The position numbers and the translations under genes are program-made. A stretch of 64,000 nt of DNA from Capsulimonadaceae bacterium (lineage in GTDB: Bacteria; Armatimonadota; Armatimonadia; Armatimonadales; Capsulimonadaceae), in contig OZ244065.1 in the NCBI GenBank assembly GCA_965215505.1, positions 5,216,001 through 5,280,000 on the forward strand, in the 5' to 3' direction. Positions within the stretch are counted from its first letter, which is position 1, and each line of letters starts with the position of its first letter. Below the pieces are notes generated by a model. It searched no databases and was not told the origin of the DNA. It saw nothing but the letters and a program-made list of their open reading frames with translations. Shown piece by piece: positions 27,795 to 38,512 of the stretch.

Positions 27795-29012
27795 ATGTTC
27801 TTCGTACTCCCATTCCGCGCGAAAAACCCGTCCCCCACCTTCCCTTATGTGACGGTCAGCCTGATCGTCCTGAACACGCTCATCTTCGCCCTCACCTGCA
27901 ATGGACACCTCCAAGTGCGTGAATCCGTCGTCCAGCGGTTCGCGTTCACGCACATGAGCTTCAGCCCGCTGACCCTGCTGACGGCCATGTTCCTGCACGG
28001 CTCGCCCCTGCACCTGATCGGCAACATGCTGTTCCTGTGGATCTTCGGCTCGGCCACCGAAGGGCGGCTCCGGCCCCTGCGGTTCATCGCCGTCTACCTG
28101 TTCACCGGCATCGTCGGCGACCTGCTCAGTGACTTCCTCATGGGGCTGGTCAACCCGGACACCTACAACCTGGGCGCGTCCGGCGCGATCATGGGGCTGG
28201 CGGGGGCCTACCTCTACCTGTTCCCCTACGCCCCCATCCGGCTGGTCTGGTTCATGTGGTTCTTCCTGCTGCCGCGCATAGGAATCACGCAGTGGCAGGC
28301 GCGCTGGGTCATCCTCTACTTCCTCGGGTGGGATGTCTTCAACGGCATCCTCATGGGCGGCGGGGACGGGGTGGGGCACTTCGCACACATCGGCGGGGCG
28401 GCGGCGGGGTTCCTCGCCGTCTGGCTGCTGCGGATGCCGCGCGACGGCGAGGACGTGGCCGAGGTGCAGGCGACGCTCTCGGACCTGCGCGACGTGACGC
28501 TATTGCCCTTGCACGACCTGGAAGCTCTGATGCAGCGGCCCACGACCGACGTCCGGCTCATCATGGCCTACTGCCGCCAGTCCCTGATCGCGCCCATCGG
28601 GGCGAGCGAGGCGAAATGCCTGTGGGCCTTGCGCCAGTATGGCAGCCTCCTGATCGAGCAGGCCGAACCGGGCGTTCTGGCCGGCATGGTGGCACACCTT
28701 TCGCTGCCGACATCCCAGCAGATCCCGCCGATGTTATTCCTGCGGCTCGGCTCGCAGCTGGAGCGGGTGGGGGAATACGACGGCGCGGTACGGCTCTACT
28801 ACCGGATGTGCGAGGTCTTCCCCACCTCCCCGGACACCGAGATGGCCTACCTGCGCGTGGCCCGGATCATGGAGCAGACCTACGGCGACCGCGCCCAGGC
28901 CCGTTTCTGCTACGCCAAGATGCTGGAACTCTTCCCCAAAGGGGCCATGTGCCTGGAAGCCGAAGGCGGCCTGCGCCGCCTGCCCGCACCCCGGCCCACG
29001 CCGACCAACTGA
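27795..29012 (+). CDS. Rhomboid intramembrane serine protease with C-terminal TPR-like region
   Basis: FLHGSPLHLIGNM, GASGAIMG, AHIGG. Confidence 0.92.
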   Translation: MFFVLPFRAKNPSPTFPYVTVSLIVLNTLIFALTCNGHLQVRESVVQRFAFTHMSFSPLTLLTAMFLHGSPLHLIGNMLFLWIFGSATEGRLRPLRFIAVYLFTGIVGDLLSDFLMGLVNPDTYNLGASGAIMGLAGAYLYLFPYAPIRLVWFMWFFLLPRIGITQWQARWVILYFLGWDVFNGILMGGGDGVGHFAHIGGAAAGFLAVWLLRMPRDGEDVAEVQATLSDLRDVTLLPLHDLEALMQRPTTDVRLIMAYCRQSLIAPIGASEAKCLWALRQYGSLLIEQAEPGVLAGMVAHLSLPTSQQIPPMLFLRLGSQLERVGEYDGAVRLYYRMCEVFPTSPDTEMAYLRVARIMEQTYGDRAQARFCYAKMLELFPKGAMCLEAEGGLRRLPAPRPTPTN

Positions 29013-29110
29013 TAAGAGAAACGACAGGAAGCCAGGGGCAAGCCCTAGCCCGCCCTCCTTCCTACTCCTCCCGGTTCTTGCCCACCCCCTTTTTCGCCGC
29101 CGCCCGCCGA

Positions 29111-29140
29111 TTGACAAACGCTAAATGTTGCCGGTATAAT
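29111..29140 (+). promoter_or_regulatory. Consensus sigma70 promoter of the tRNA pair
   Basis: TTGACA-N18-TATAAT, 30 nt upstream of tRNA-Arg. Confidence 0.85.
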
Positions 29141-29170
29141 ACGCTGAGAGCCGGGATGCTCCCGAAGGGT

Positions 29171-29243
29171 GGGGTTGTAGCTCAGTGGATAGAGCGAGGG
29201 ACTCCTAAGCCTTAGGCCGCTGGTTCGATCCCAGTCAACCCCA
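29171..29243 (+). tRNA. tRNA-Arg(CCT)
   Basis: Acceptor GGGGTTG/CAACCCC, D arm GCTC/GAGC with A20, anticodon loop CT-CCT-AA, TTCGATC T loop; CCA not encoded. Confidence 0.9.
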
Positions 29244-29276
29244 TTCCCGCCCGTTACGCGGTCTAATACAGGATAC

Positions 29277-29367
<91 letters not shown>

Positions 29368-29377
29368 TCGTCGAAAC

Positions 29378-29412
29378 AGAAGACGCCCCGCCATCCGGCG
29401 GGGCGTCTTTTT
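29378..29412 (+). terminator. Intrinsic terminator after tRNAs
   Basis: AAGACGCCCCGCC-ATCC-GGCGGGGCGTCTT-TTT. Confidence 0.88.
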
Positions 29413-29432
29413 GCTAGCTGTCCTGCGCCGCC

Positions 29433-30380
29433 TCACAAATCCATCCGTGTCAGCGGCTTCTCCAAAATGTCCACCGACTGCGCCTCGCGGCGCGTCTCCT
29501 GGCCGTTCAGGTAGGTAACCTGGTAAGTGACGCGCTGGGAGCCGGCCTGGGCGGCGGGGGCACCGGGGTGGACCTTCTCCGTTGTTACCAGCGTCTTGCG
29601 GACGCGCACGGTCAGTAGGAGCGGCATCCTCTGGACGTTCAGGACGTCACCGGGCTTCAGCCGGTCCAGGTTCTTGTTCGGGTTCGCCGTGATCAGATCG
29701 GAGTAGGAGATGTGGTTGCGGTGGGCGATCCGGGAGCCGAGGTCGCCGCGCCGGACGGTGTAAGACTTTGTCGGCGGCGGCGTCCAGAAGTAGGGTGCGG
29801 CCTCTTCCGGCGTCTGCCGCGTCTGCCGGGTGTCCACGGCGCGTCGGGCGATGTCTATGGGTTCGAGTATCTCAGGCTGGCCTGTCACGGGCTGCTCGGG
29901 CGGGGCCTGCGCCCAGTGGTCTTTGACCAGACGCAGGGTTTCCGTGGCCGCGTCCGCCGTTGGCAGGGCGAGGGAGGGGTGGCCCCGCACCAGGATGACG
30001 AAGGCACGGACGTGGAGCGTCAGACTCTGCGCCAGGCGAGCCTGGACGACCGCGTCCGGGTCTTGGGGGGTATTGGGTTCGGCGGGGAGGAAGTGGACTT
30101 TCTGCATCCGCACCGGCTCCTCCCCGGCGAAGGCCGTGCCGACCTTGGCCTGCTCGGCGGCGGCAATCAGGGAGTTCGCCGTGGCGACGTTGCGGACGGT
30201 GCCGACTGGCCTCCCGCCCACCACGATGGTAACGGGCTGGCCCAGGTGGCGGAGCAGAAAGAAGCCGCCCACGCCAATGGCGAGGGCGGCGGCCAGAAGC
30301 GCCGCCAGCAGCTTGAAGAGCCGGAGCTGGCGGGCGAGCGTGTCAGGGGCGGGCGTTTGCGTCGGCGTGTGGATAGACAT
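29433..30380 (-). CDS. Membrane-anchored LysM / G5-like protein
   Basis: N-terminal TM; YTVRRGDLGSRIA...LITANP...LKPGDVL (LysM); C-terminal GSQRVTYQVTYLNGQET (G5-like). Confidence 0.8.
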   Translation of the reverse strand: MSIHTPTQTPAPDTLARQLRLFKLLAALLAAALAIGVGGFFLLRHLGQPVTIVVGGRPVGTVRNVATANSLIAAAEQAKVGTAFAGEEPVRMQKVHFLPAEPNTPQDPDAVVQARLAQSLTLHVRAFVILVRGHPSLALPTADAATETLRLVKDHWAQAPPEQPVTGQPEILEPIDIARRAVDTRQTRQTPEEAAPYFWTPPPTKSYTVRRGDLGSRIAHRNHISYSDLITANPNKNLDRLKPGDVLNVQRMPLLLTVRVRKTLVTTEKVHPGAPAAQAGSQRVTYQVTYLNGQETRREAQSVDILEKPLTRMDL

Positions 30381-30392
30381 GTTGCCCAGCCG

Positions 30393-31730
30393 TCACCAGG
30401 CACGCGCCCTGGCGACCTGCAATTGCTGTTTCATCTGGGCAAGCCCCGTCTGGAGCTGCGTGTCGTACTGCACGTCATAGAGCGCGTCCGGGTGAGTCCG
30501 GTAGTAGGCGGCTTCCTTGCGCTGGTTGTCGTCGGGGATCGCCACCTTGATGTCCGGCTCGATGCCCTTGTGGTTGATGTCGTTCTTGTGGGCCGTGTAA
30601 TAGTGCTGCGTCGTGATCTTCACCGCAGAGCCGTCCGGCAGGGACAGGATGGACTGGACCACCCCCTTGCCAAAGGTCTTCTCGCCCACTAGGGTGCCCG
30701 AGCCGGTGTCCTTAATCGCGCCCGAGACGATCTCCGCCGCGCTGGCGCTGTCGCCGTTCACCAGGACGACGAGCGGGAGCCGGTGCGGGGAGTGCTGGCT
30801 CGGGTCGGCGTCCAGATGCTCCATCGTCTCCATCGACTCCGACTTGTCCTTCATCCACAGGACGGGGCCGTCGGGGATGAAGCGGCTGGCGATCTTCTGG
30901 GCGATGTCCAGCAGGCCGCCGGGGTTCTCGCGCAGGTCGAAGACCAGCCCGCGCATCCCCTTCGATTCGAGGTCCTGGAGCGCCGCGCCCACCTGGACGT
31001 CGCTCTCCTCGTTGAAGACGGACAGCTTGATGTAGCCGATCTTGCGGACCGGGTCGATCATGGCGTGTTCCACGACCTCCTGATGCACCGTCGCCCGGAT
31101 CATGCTGATCACGAGCGGGTGGGCGACGCCCTTCCGCAGCAGCGTCAGGGTGACGCGCGTGTCTTCCGGCCCGCGAATTAGCTTGACGACATCTGAGTCC
31201 GTCATGCCCAAGGTGGACTTACCGTTGACCTTCAGGATGATGTCGCCCGCCATGACCTTCGCCTTGATGGCCGGGCCGCCCGGCAGGGGCTTGACGATGT
31301 ACACCTGCTGCGACTTGTTCGGGCCGAGGAGCGCGCCGATGCCCACGAACTGGCCTAGATTATCCTCCTCCATGGTCTTGTAGGTCTTCGGGTCCATGAA
31401 GGTGGTGTAGCGGTCGTGGACCGCGCCGACCATGCCCCGGATGCCGTTGTAGGTCATCTGGGTCGTGTCGATATCCTTGCCGTAGTAGCTCGCCTTGAGC
31501 GTCGCCAGCACGTCGGCGTAGGTCTGGTACGGCGTGTAGTCTTCTCCTTGACCGTGCGCGGCCGTCATGACCGCCTCGGAGAGCCGCTGCGGGACCAGGT
31601 CAACCGCCGTCGCCAGCGTGTTCATGTCGTGAATGCCGTGCAGATCGTGGATCGAAACGCCGCCGACAAAGGCGACGCCCAAGAGTGCCGTGGTGCCGGC
31701 CGCCCGCCCGAGAAATCGTCCGATTCGCAT
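30393..31730 (-). CDS. ctpA: Carboxyl-terminal processing protease (S41A), catalytic dyad intact
   Basis: GIGA PDZ, DLRENPGG, SASAAE (Ser), TFGKG (Lys). Confidence 0.93.
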   Translation of the reverse strand: MRIGRFLGRAAGTTALLGVAFVGGVSIHDLHGIHDMNTLATAVDLVPQRLSEAVMTAAHGQGEDYTPYQTYADVLATLKASYYGKDIDTTQMTYNGIRGMVGAVHDRYTTFMDPKTYKTMEEDNLGQFVGIGALLGPNKSQQVYIVKPLPGGPAIKAKVMAGDIILKVNGKSTLGMTDSDVVKLIRGPEDTRVTLTLLRKGVAHPLVISMIRATVHQEVVEHAMIDPVRKIGYIKLSVFNEESDVQVGAALQDLESKGMRGLVFDLRENPGGLLDIAQKIASRFIPDGPVLWMKDKSESMETMEHLDADPSQHSPHRLPLVVLVNGDSASAAEIVSGAIKDTGSGTLVGEKTFGKGVVQSILSLPDGSAVKITTQHYYTAHKNDINHKGIEPDIKVAIPDDNQRKEAAYYRTHPDALYDVQYDTQLQTGLAQMKQQLQVARARAW

Positions 31731-31765
31731 GAGTGCTTCCTATCTTGAAAGATGTCTCGAAAAGC

Positions 31766-33256
31766 CTAACTCCGAGTGGACGGGAGGCCCGCGACGCGCC
31801 CAGAGAGGACGCCGACGGCCCGGTTCAGCGGCTCGTCGCCCGCCGTGTCGGGGACCAGGACGTCCGGCTTCAGCCCGACCCCGCCGCCGAACTGGCCGCG
31901 CGTCACGGTCAGCAGCTTGCCCACGGTCATGGTGAAGCCCGACCCGTCGCGCAGGGTGATCAGCTTGACATCGCCCGCGTCGCCGAAGGTCTTGCCGCCG
32001 ACCAACTTCGCGCCCTTGCTCTGCAAGGCCGCCGCCAGCAGCTCCGCCGTGTTGTCCGTCCCGGCGTTCACCAGCACCGCGACGGGACAGGTGACCGGCG
32101 CGTCCGGCGTCAGCGCGATCGGCTGGACCTTTTTGCCCTTGGTCTCGATGTAGCCCAAGGCGGGCGCGGCCGTCAGCCTGGCGGCGATGGCCGCGCTCAC
32201 GTCGGTCTGCGCGCGCAGACCGCCAAGCGTGTTGCGGAGGTCGAGGACAAGCCCCTTGGGATCGTTCCCAAAACCCGCCAGGGCCGCCGCGAAGTCCTTG
32301 TCGGCCGTGGGAGTGAACTGGGCGATCCTGATGTAGCCGATGCCGCCGGGCAGCGAGCGCGCCGTGATGGGGGAAACCGTCGTCGGGGTGGACGTGTCCA
32401 GGGTCAGCGCGACCGGCTGCGCGACGCCCGCGCGCATCACGGTGAGCGCGACCGTCTTGGCGGCGGGGTCGTCCAGCTTGGTCTGGGCGTCGTTCAGAGA
32501 AACCGAGTCGTCGATCTTCTTTTGCAGCGCCGTCACCGTCTTGTTGTAGGCGGGGGCGTCGTCCTGCAAGGCCTTCAGCGCCTTGGCCTGATCGTAGATG
32601 TACTTGTCGTTATAGACCCACCCGCCGTTAATCATCGTGACCACGTCGCCGGGCTGGACTCCGGCCTTGTCGGCGGGGCCGCCCGGCACGGGGGCGATGA
32701 CGACCAGGCGGTACTCGGTGTAAGCAGGGAGGTCCTTCGTCTTGGCGTGGGCGACGCTCCGGACGGCGAGAGGGGCACCGATGCCGAGGTAAGTGCCCCG
32801 CGCCTCGTTGCCGAGTTCGGCGACTTCGGGGGCCTCCATGAAGCGCGAGTCGGGGTCCTGGAGCGAGGCGATCATGGCCGCCGCCGCGCCGTGGCCGAAC
32901 TTGGCGTCGGTGGGAAGGGTGTCCACATAGTGCGCCTTGACCAGCCGGTAGACCCGCTCGAACGTCGCGCCCGGACCTTCGCCGGTGAGTTCTTCGGAGG
33001 CGTCACCCGCAGCGGGGCCACCCTCCGTCCCCTGGCTCGCCGCAACGGTCACGGGCCGCCCCGGAGCGGAGGCGAGGACGAGGGGCGAACGGGGCGCGGG
33101 GGCCGCCGCCGGGTGATACAGGTTATGGCCGGTGGGCCGGGCGGGGCCGAGGTGCGAACCGGCGGCGAAAGCCCCCGCCGCCAGGGCGCCGACCACGAGG
33201 ACGCCGACAAGACCGGTCGCGTTCCGCTTGCCGTCGCGGGTGGCGTACTCTTTCAA
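31766..33256 (-). CDS. S41 protease homolog lacking catalytic Ser and Lys (pseudoprotease)
   Basis: GIGA PDZ and DLRNTLGG retained; SASAAE -> TDNTAE, TFGKG -> TFGDA. Confidence 0.85.
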   Translation of the reverse strand: MKEYATRDGKRNATGLVGVLVVGALAAGAFAAGSHLGPARPTGHNLYHPAAAPAPRSPLVLASAPGRPVTVAASQGTEGGPAAGDASEELTGEGPGATFERVYRLVKAHYVDTLPTDAKFGHGAAAAMIASLQDPDSRFMEAPEVAELGNEARGTYLGIGAPLAVRSVAHAKTKDLPAYTEYRLVVIAPVPGGPADKAGVQPGDVVTMINGGWVYNDKYIYDQAKALKALQDDAPAYNKTVTALQKKIDDSVSLNDAQTKLDDPAAKTVALTVMRAGVAQPVALTLDTSTPTTVSPITARSLPGGIGYIRIAQFTPTADKDFAAALAGFGNDPKGLVLDLRNTLGGLRAQTDVSAAIAARLTAAPALGYIETKGKKVQPIALTPDAPVTCPVAVLVNAGTDNTAELLAAALQSKGAKLVGGKTFGDAGDVKLITLRDGSGFTMTVGKLLTVTRGQFGGGVGLKPDVLVPDTAGDEPLNRAVGVLSGRVAGLPSTRS

Positions 33257-33392
33257 ATTCTGCTTCCTTCTTTAGCGCCCCGCGGCCGCAGGGCGGCGGG
33301 AGTCGTGACCGAGATAGAGACATTCTCTTCAACAAGAATGGGCGGAGGACGGTTCCATGAGGGCACGCCCGAGAGCCAAAAAGACGCAATGC

Positions 33393-33421
33393 ATTATACC
33401 ACTGTGCCCGGCCCGAGTCAA
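33393..33421 (-). promoter_or_regulatory. sigma70 promoter for the S41/LysM operon
   Basis: Minus strand TTGACT-N17-TATAAT with extended TG. Confidence 0.75.
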
Positions 33422-33541
33422 CGCGGGCTTGTGCCGCGAATCGGCGCGGTTTCGGGTATCATAAACGCGGGACTCCCCTGCGTTTACGCGACCGCCGCCG
33501 CGCCGGGTTCCCGCACTCAGGAAGGATCTCCAATCCCGCTG

Positions 33542-35452
<1,911 letters not shown>

Positions 35453-35453
35453 A

Positions 35454-35837
35454 CTAACCCCGGCGCGAGCGCCGACCCTTCCCTGTTAGGGAAGGGGGAA
35501 GATCGACCATGAGGCAGCAAAATGGTGAACCACCAGTCTAGATGGAAAGTCCGGCTTGAAATCGCTGGCGATGGGGCGCTTCTCGGCGTCTTCTTGCTGG
35601 TCATGCTCCTCCTAATGTTGCCCCCGTTTCCGGTCGTTATGTGGACGGGTTCTTCCGGCGACTGGCTGAATGTCTTGCTCTACACCGCCTGCGCTGTAGC
35701 CATCGTGCGCTCACTCTATCGAGGATTTTCTGGCAAAACTCATAAGAAATCATAGCTGTTCTCAAATGGTCCCACTGCACAATGTTTGGCTTCACCCTTC
35801 CCTAACAGGGAAGGGTCGGCGCTCGCGCCGAGGTTAG
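35454..35837. repeat. 48-bp inverted REP-like doublet (family B) enclosing a passenger ORF
   Basis: 35454-35501 vs reverse complement of 35790-35837: 46/48 identical; each arm contains two hairpins. Confidence 0.9.
35522..35755 (+). CDS. Small 2-TM hypothetical protein carried between inverted repeats
   Basis: 77 aa, GAGG RBS, two hydrophobic helices, lower GC. Confidence 0.6.
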   Translation: MVNHQSRWKVRLEIAGDGALLGVFLLVMLLLMLPPFPVVMWTGSSGDWLNVLLYTACAVAIVRSLYRGFSGKTHKKS

Positions 35838-35840
35838 GTC

Positions 35841-36452
35841 ATGTTCATCACCTTCGAGGGAGTGGAGGGCGCGGGCAAGACCACCCAGATCGCCCGGCTG
35901 GCGGCCCGGCTGCACGCGGGGGGCCGTCAGGACGTGCTGACCACGCGCGAGCCGGGCGACGGCCCGCTCGGCCAGGAGCTTCGCGCCCTCGCCCTGCACC
36001 CGCCGATGGGCATGGTCGTCGAGCCGCGCGCCGAGCTGCTCATCATGCTGGCCGACCGCGCCCAGCACGTCGGCCAGGTCATCCGGCCCCACCTCGCGGG
36101 CGGCGGCATCGTCATCTGTGACCGCTACGGTGACTCGAGCGTCGCCTATCAGGGACACGGCCGGGGCCTGGATGTCGGCGAGATCGTGCGCCTCAACGAG
36201 TACGCGACCGATGGCCTCCTGCCCGACCTGACTGTCCTACTGGACCTCGACCCGGCCGTCGGGCTGGCCCGGCAGCGGGAGCGCAGCGTCATGGAAGACC
36301 AGGCCCTGCCGTTCCACCAGCGCATCCGGGCCGGCTTCCTGGCCCTGGCCCGGTCCGCGCCCGCCCGCTGGCTCGTCCTGGACTCGGCCCGCCCGCCTGA
36401 GACGGTCCACGAGGACATCTGGGCGGCCGTCTCGGCTCGCCTTCCCGCCTAA
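35841..36452 (+). CDS. tmk: dTMP kinase
   Basis: FITFEGVEGAGKTTQ, TREPG, ICDRY..SSVAYQG. Confidence 0.96.
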   Translation: MFITFEGVEGAGKTTQIARLAARLHAGGRQDVLTTREPGDGPLGQELRALALHPPMGMVVEPRAELLIMLADRAQHVGQVIRPHLAGGGIVICDRYGDSSVAYQGHGRGLDVGEIVRLNEYATDGLLPDLTVLLDLDPAVGLARQRERSVMEDQALPFHQRIRAGFLALARSAPARWLVLDSARPPETVHEDIWAAVSARLPA

Positions 36453-36790
36453 TGAAACTCATTATCGCCATCACGCACGAGCGCGACAAACAGAAGCTAG
36501 CGGACGCCTTGCTGCAAGAGGGCCTGAGTTTCACCAAGCTCGGCAGCACGGGCGGCTTCCTGCGCCAGGGCAACGTCACCATCCTCATCGGCGTCGAGGA
36601 CGAGGACGCCGGGCGCGTTTTGGGCGTCATCAAAGACGCCTGCCGGACGTCCGAAGGCTTCGTCAACCTGCCCGGCCAGATGGTCGGCAGCGTCCCCGCC
36701 CTGGGCGCGTTCGCCCCGCACCCGGTCCGCGTCGAGGCCGGCGGCGCGGTTGCCTTCGTCTTGACCGTTGACAGCTTCGAGCGGTTCTGA
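36452..36790 (+). CDS. darA: Cyclic di-AMP receptor (PII-like DarA/PstA/YaaQ)
   Basis: TKLGSTGGFLRQGNVTILIGV; tmk-yaaQ-holB synteny. Confidence 0.9.
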   Translation: MKLIIAITHERDKQKLADALLQEGLSFTKLGSTGGFLRQGNVTILIGVEDEDAGRVLGVIKDACRTSEGFVNLPGQMVGSVPALGAFAPHPVRVEAGGAVAFVLTVDSFERF

Positions 36791-36796
36791 GCGTTG

Positions 36797-36948
36797 CCCC
36801 CACCCCCGGTACTGCGTACCGACCCCTACCCCCGCAAGCGGGAGAGGGGTAGAGAAGGCTAACGCACTACCGATTTCCATTCTCATTTCCATTCTCAAGA
36901 CTCCTGCTCCCCTCTCCCGCTTGCGGGGGCAGGGGCGGGGGGTGGGGG
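36797..36948. repeat. REP-like inverted doublet, family B, with short spacer
   Basis: CCCCTACCCCCGCAAGCGGGAGAGGGG vs CCCCTCTCCCGCTTGCGGGGGCAGGGG, plus outer CCCCCACCCCC/GGGGGTGGGGG; spacer has ATTTCCATTCTC x2 (36873-36896). Confidence 0.85.
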
Positions 36949-36957
36949 TCCTCATCC

Positions 36958-38037
36958 ATGTTCCAAAACATCCTCGGACAGCCTTACGCCGTGCGCGTGC
37001 TGGAAAACGCCCTGGAGAACGACCGCCTGGCCGGGTCGTACCTGTTCGTCGGCCCGGATGGGGTGGGGAAGGCGACGGCGGCGCGGCAGTTCGCCAAGCT
37101 GCTCTGCGGCGCGTCCACCGACACGGACCCGCTGGCCCGCGCCATTGACGCGGGGACGCTCCCCGATGTCCGCAGCCTCGACCCTCCCCCCTCCCACATC
37201 ACCAGCATCGCGCAGGTCTGGCCCCGACAGGGCCACAAAGACCATCCCCCCGATAATGCCCTGCTGCGCGACTTACAGTACGAGCCGATCTCCGCCCGCA
37301 AGCGCGTCTTCATCATCCATGACGCCGAGGGCCTGGGGCGCGGCGGCGCGGATGCCGGGAACAGCCTGCTGAAGACCCTGGAAGAGCCGCCCGCCTACGC
37401 CCACTTCCTGCTCACGGCGGCCTCGACCGGCGGCGTCATGCCCACTATCGTCTCCCGCTGCCAGGTCGTCCACTTCGGCCTGCTGCCCGCCGGGGAGATC
37501 GAGAGCGCCCTGCAATCCCGCTTCGGCGTCGCCCCCGCCCAGGCGCGCTTCCTGGCCGCCTATTCCGAAGGGAGACTGGGCCGCGCCGTCGCCCTGGCCC
37601 GCTCGCCCGCGCTGCTGTCTGGCCGCGAGGCCCTGCTGGACCTGGCCCACGACCTGCTGACGGCCCCGCCGATCAAGAGCTTCAAGCTGGGCGAGGAGTT
37701 CCGCAAGCTGGCCCCGAAGCTGAAGGCGGCGGGCGACGACGAGGCGGCGGAGGGGGCCGAGGAGAAGACGGGCCGGGAGCCGCTGACGCGGGCTTTGGAC
37801 CTCCTGGCGAGCTACTTCCGGGACGTCCTCTCTGCCGCCGTCGTGGGTCCGGCGCGGGCGTCCCTGGTGAATGTGGATCGGCGCGAGGAGATTCTGGGGC
37901 TGGTCGGCCGCTACCCCGCCGAGAGGACTGAGCGCGCCCTCGCCTTGCTGCTTGAGGTCCGGCAGGCCATCGAGCGCAACGCGAACAGCCAGCTCGCGCT
38001 GGATGTCCTGTTCACGCAGGTGGCGATGCTGACCTAG
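36958..38037 (+). CDS. holB: DNA polymerase III subunit delta'
   Basis: YLFVGPDGVGK, NSLLKTLEEPP, PTIVSRCQ. Confidence 0.93.
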   Translation: MFQNILGQPYAVRVLENALENDRLAGSYLFVGPDGVGKATAARQFAKLLCGASTDTDPLARAIDAGTLPDVRSLDPPPSHITSIAQVWPRQGHKDHPPDNALLRDLQYEPISARKRVFIIHDAEGLGRGGADAGNSLLKTLEEPPAYAHFLLTAASTGGVMPTIVSRCQVVHFGLLPAGEIESALQSRFGVAPAQARFLAAYSEGRLGRAVALARSPALLSGREALLDLAHDLLTAPPIKSFKLGEEFRKLAPKLKAAGDDEAAEGAEEKTGREPLTRALDLLASYFRDVLSAAVVGPARASLVNVDRREEILGLVGRYPAERTERALALLLEVRQAIERNANSQLALDVLFTQVAMLT

Positions 38038-38495
38038 CGCCGGATCACCGCCCCGCCCTGCGCCACCTTCTCTAGCTCCGCCGACGCCTCCATCCGCACA
38101 CTGGAGTCGGCGTCCTTCGTCGCCAGGTCCGCCAGCGTCGCTTTGGCCGACAGACACTCCAGTGGGCGTTTGTAGCTGATGCCGGGCTGCTGGAGGATCA
38201 TGCCGATCCGCCTGACCGCTTCCAGGCGCGAGCCTGTACGGGTGTCGCGCGCCCTCCTCTCCAGGGCGGGCAGATAGTCCACCCCCGGCGTCGCCCGGTC
38301 GGGCACGTTCGCGCCGGCAAGCGCCTCCTCGCGCGGCCCGTCCACTGCGTAATACTTCACCACATAGACGGCGGGGGCAAGGAAAAGCGCCATACTGACG
38401 GCGAATGTGATCCGCATCAGCCACTTCCAGAAGGGCGGCAGAGTCGGCCTGGGCGGGGGAGGCTCATTCGGGGCTGGAGATGGTTGGGACGACAT
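38034..38495 (-). CDS. Hypothetical membrane-anchored protein with HEAT-like C-terminus
   Basis: One TM; D.DSSVRMEASAEL; TACAAT-GGAGGC directly before ATG. Confidence 0.65.
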   Translation of the reverse strand: MSSQPSPAPNEPPPPRPTLPPFWKWLMRITFAVSMALFLAPAVYVVKYYAVDGPREEALAGANVPDRATPGVDYLPALERRARDTRTGSRLEAVRRIGMILQQPGISYKRPLECLSAKATLADLATKDADSSVRMEASAELEKVAQGGAVIRR

Positions 38496-38512
38496 GCCTC
38501 CATTGTACCCGC

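Noticed and set aside
31733-33541. N-terminal ~600 aa of the listed 1239-aa ORF
   Set aside because: Stop-free shadow frame antisense to the S41 paralog; recognisable Ycf45-like sequence begins only after ATG 33542
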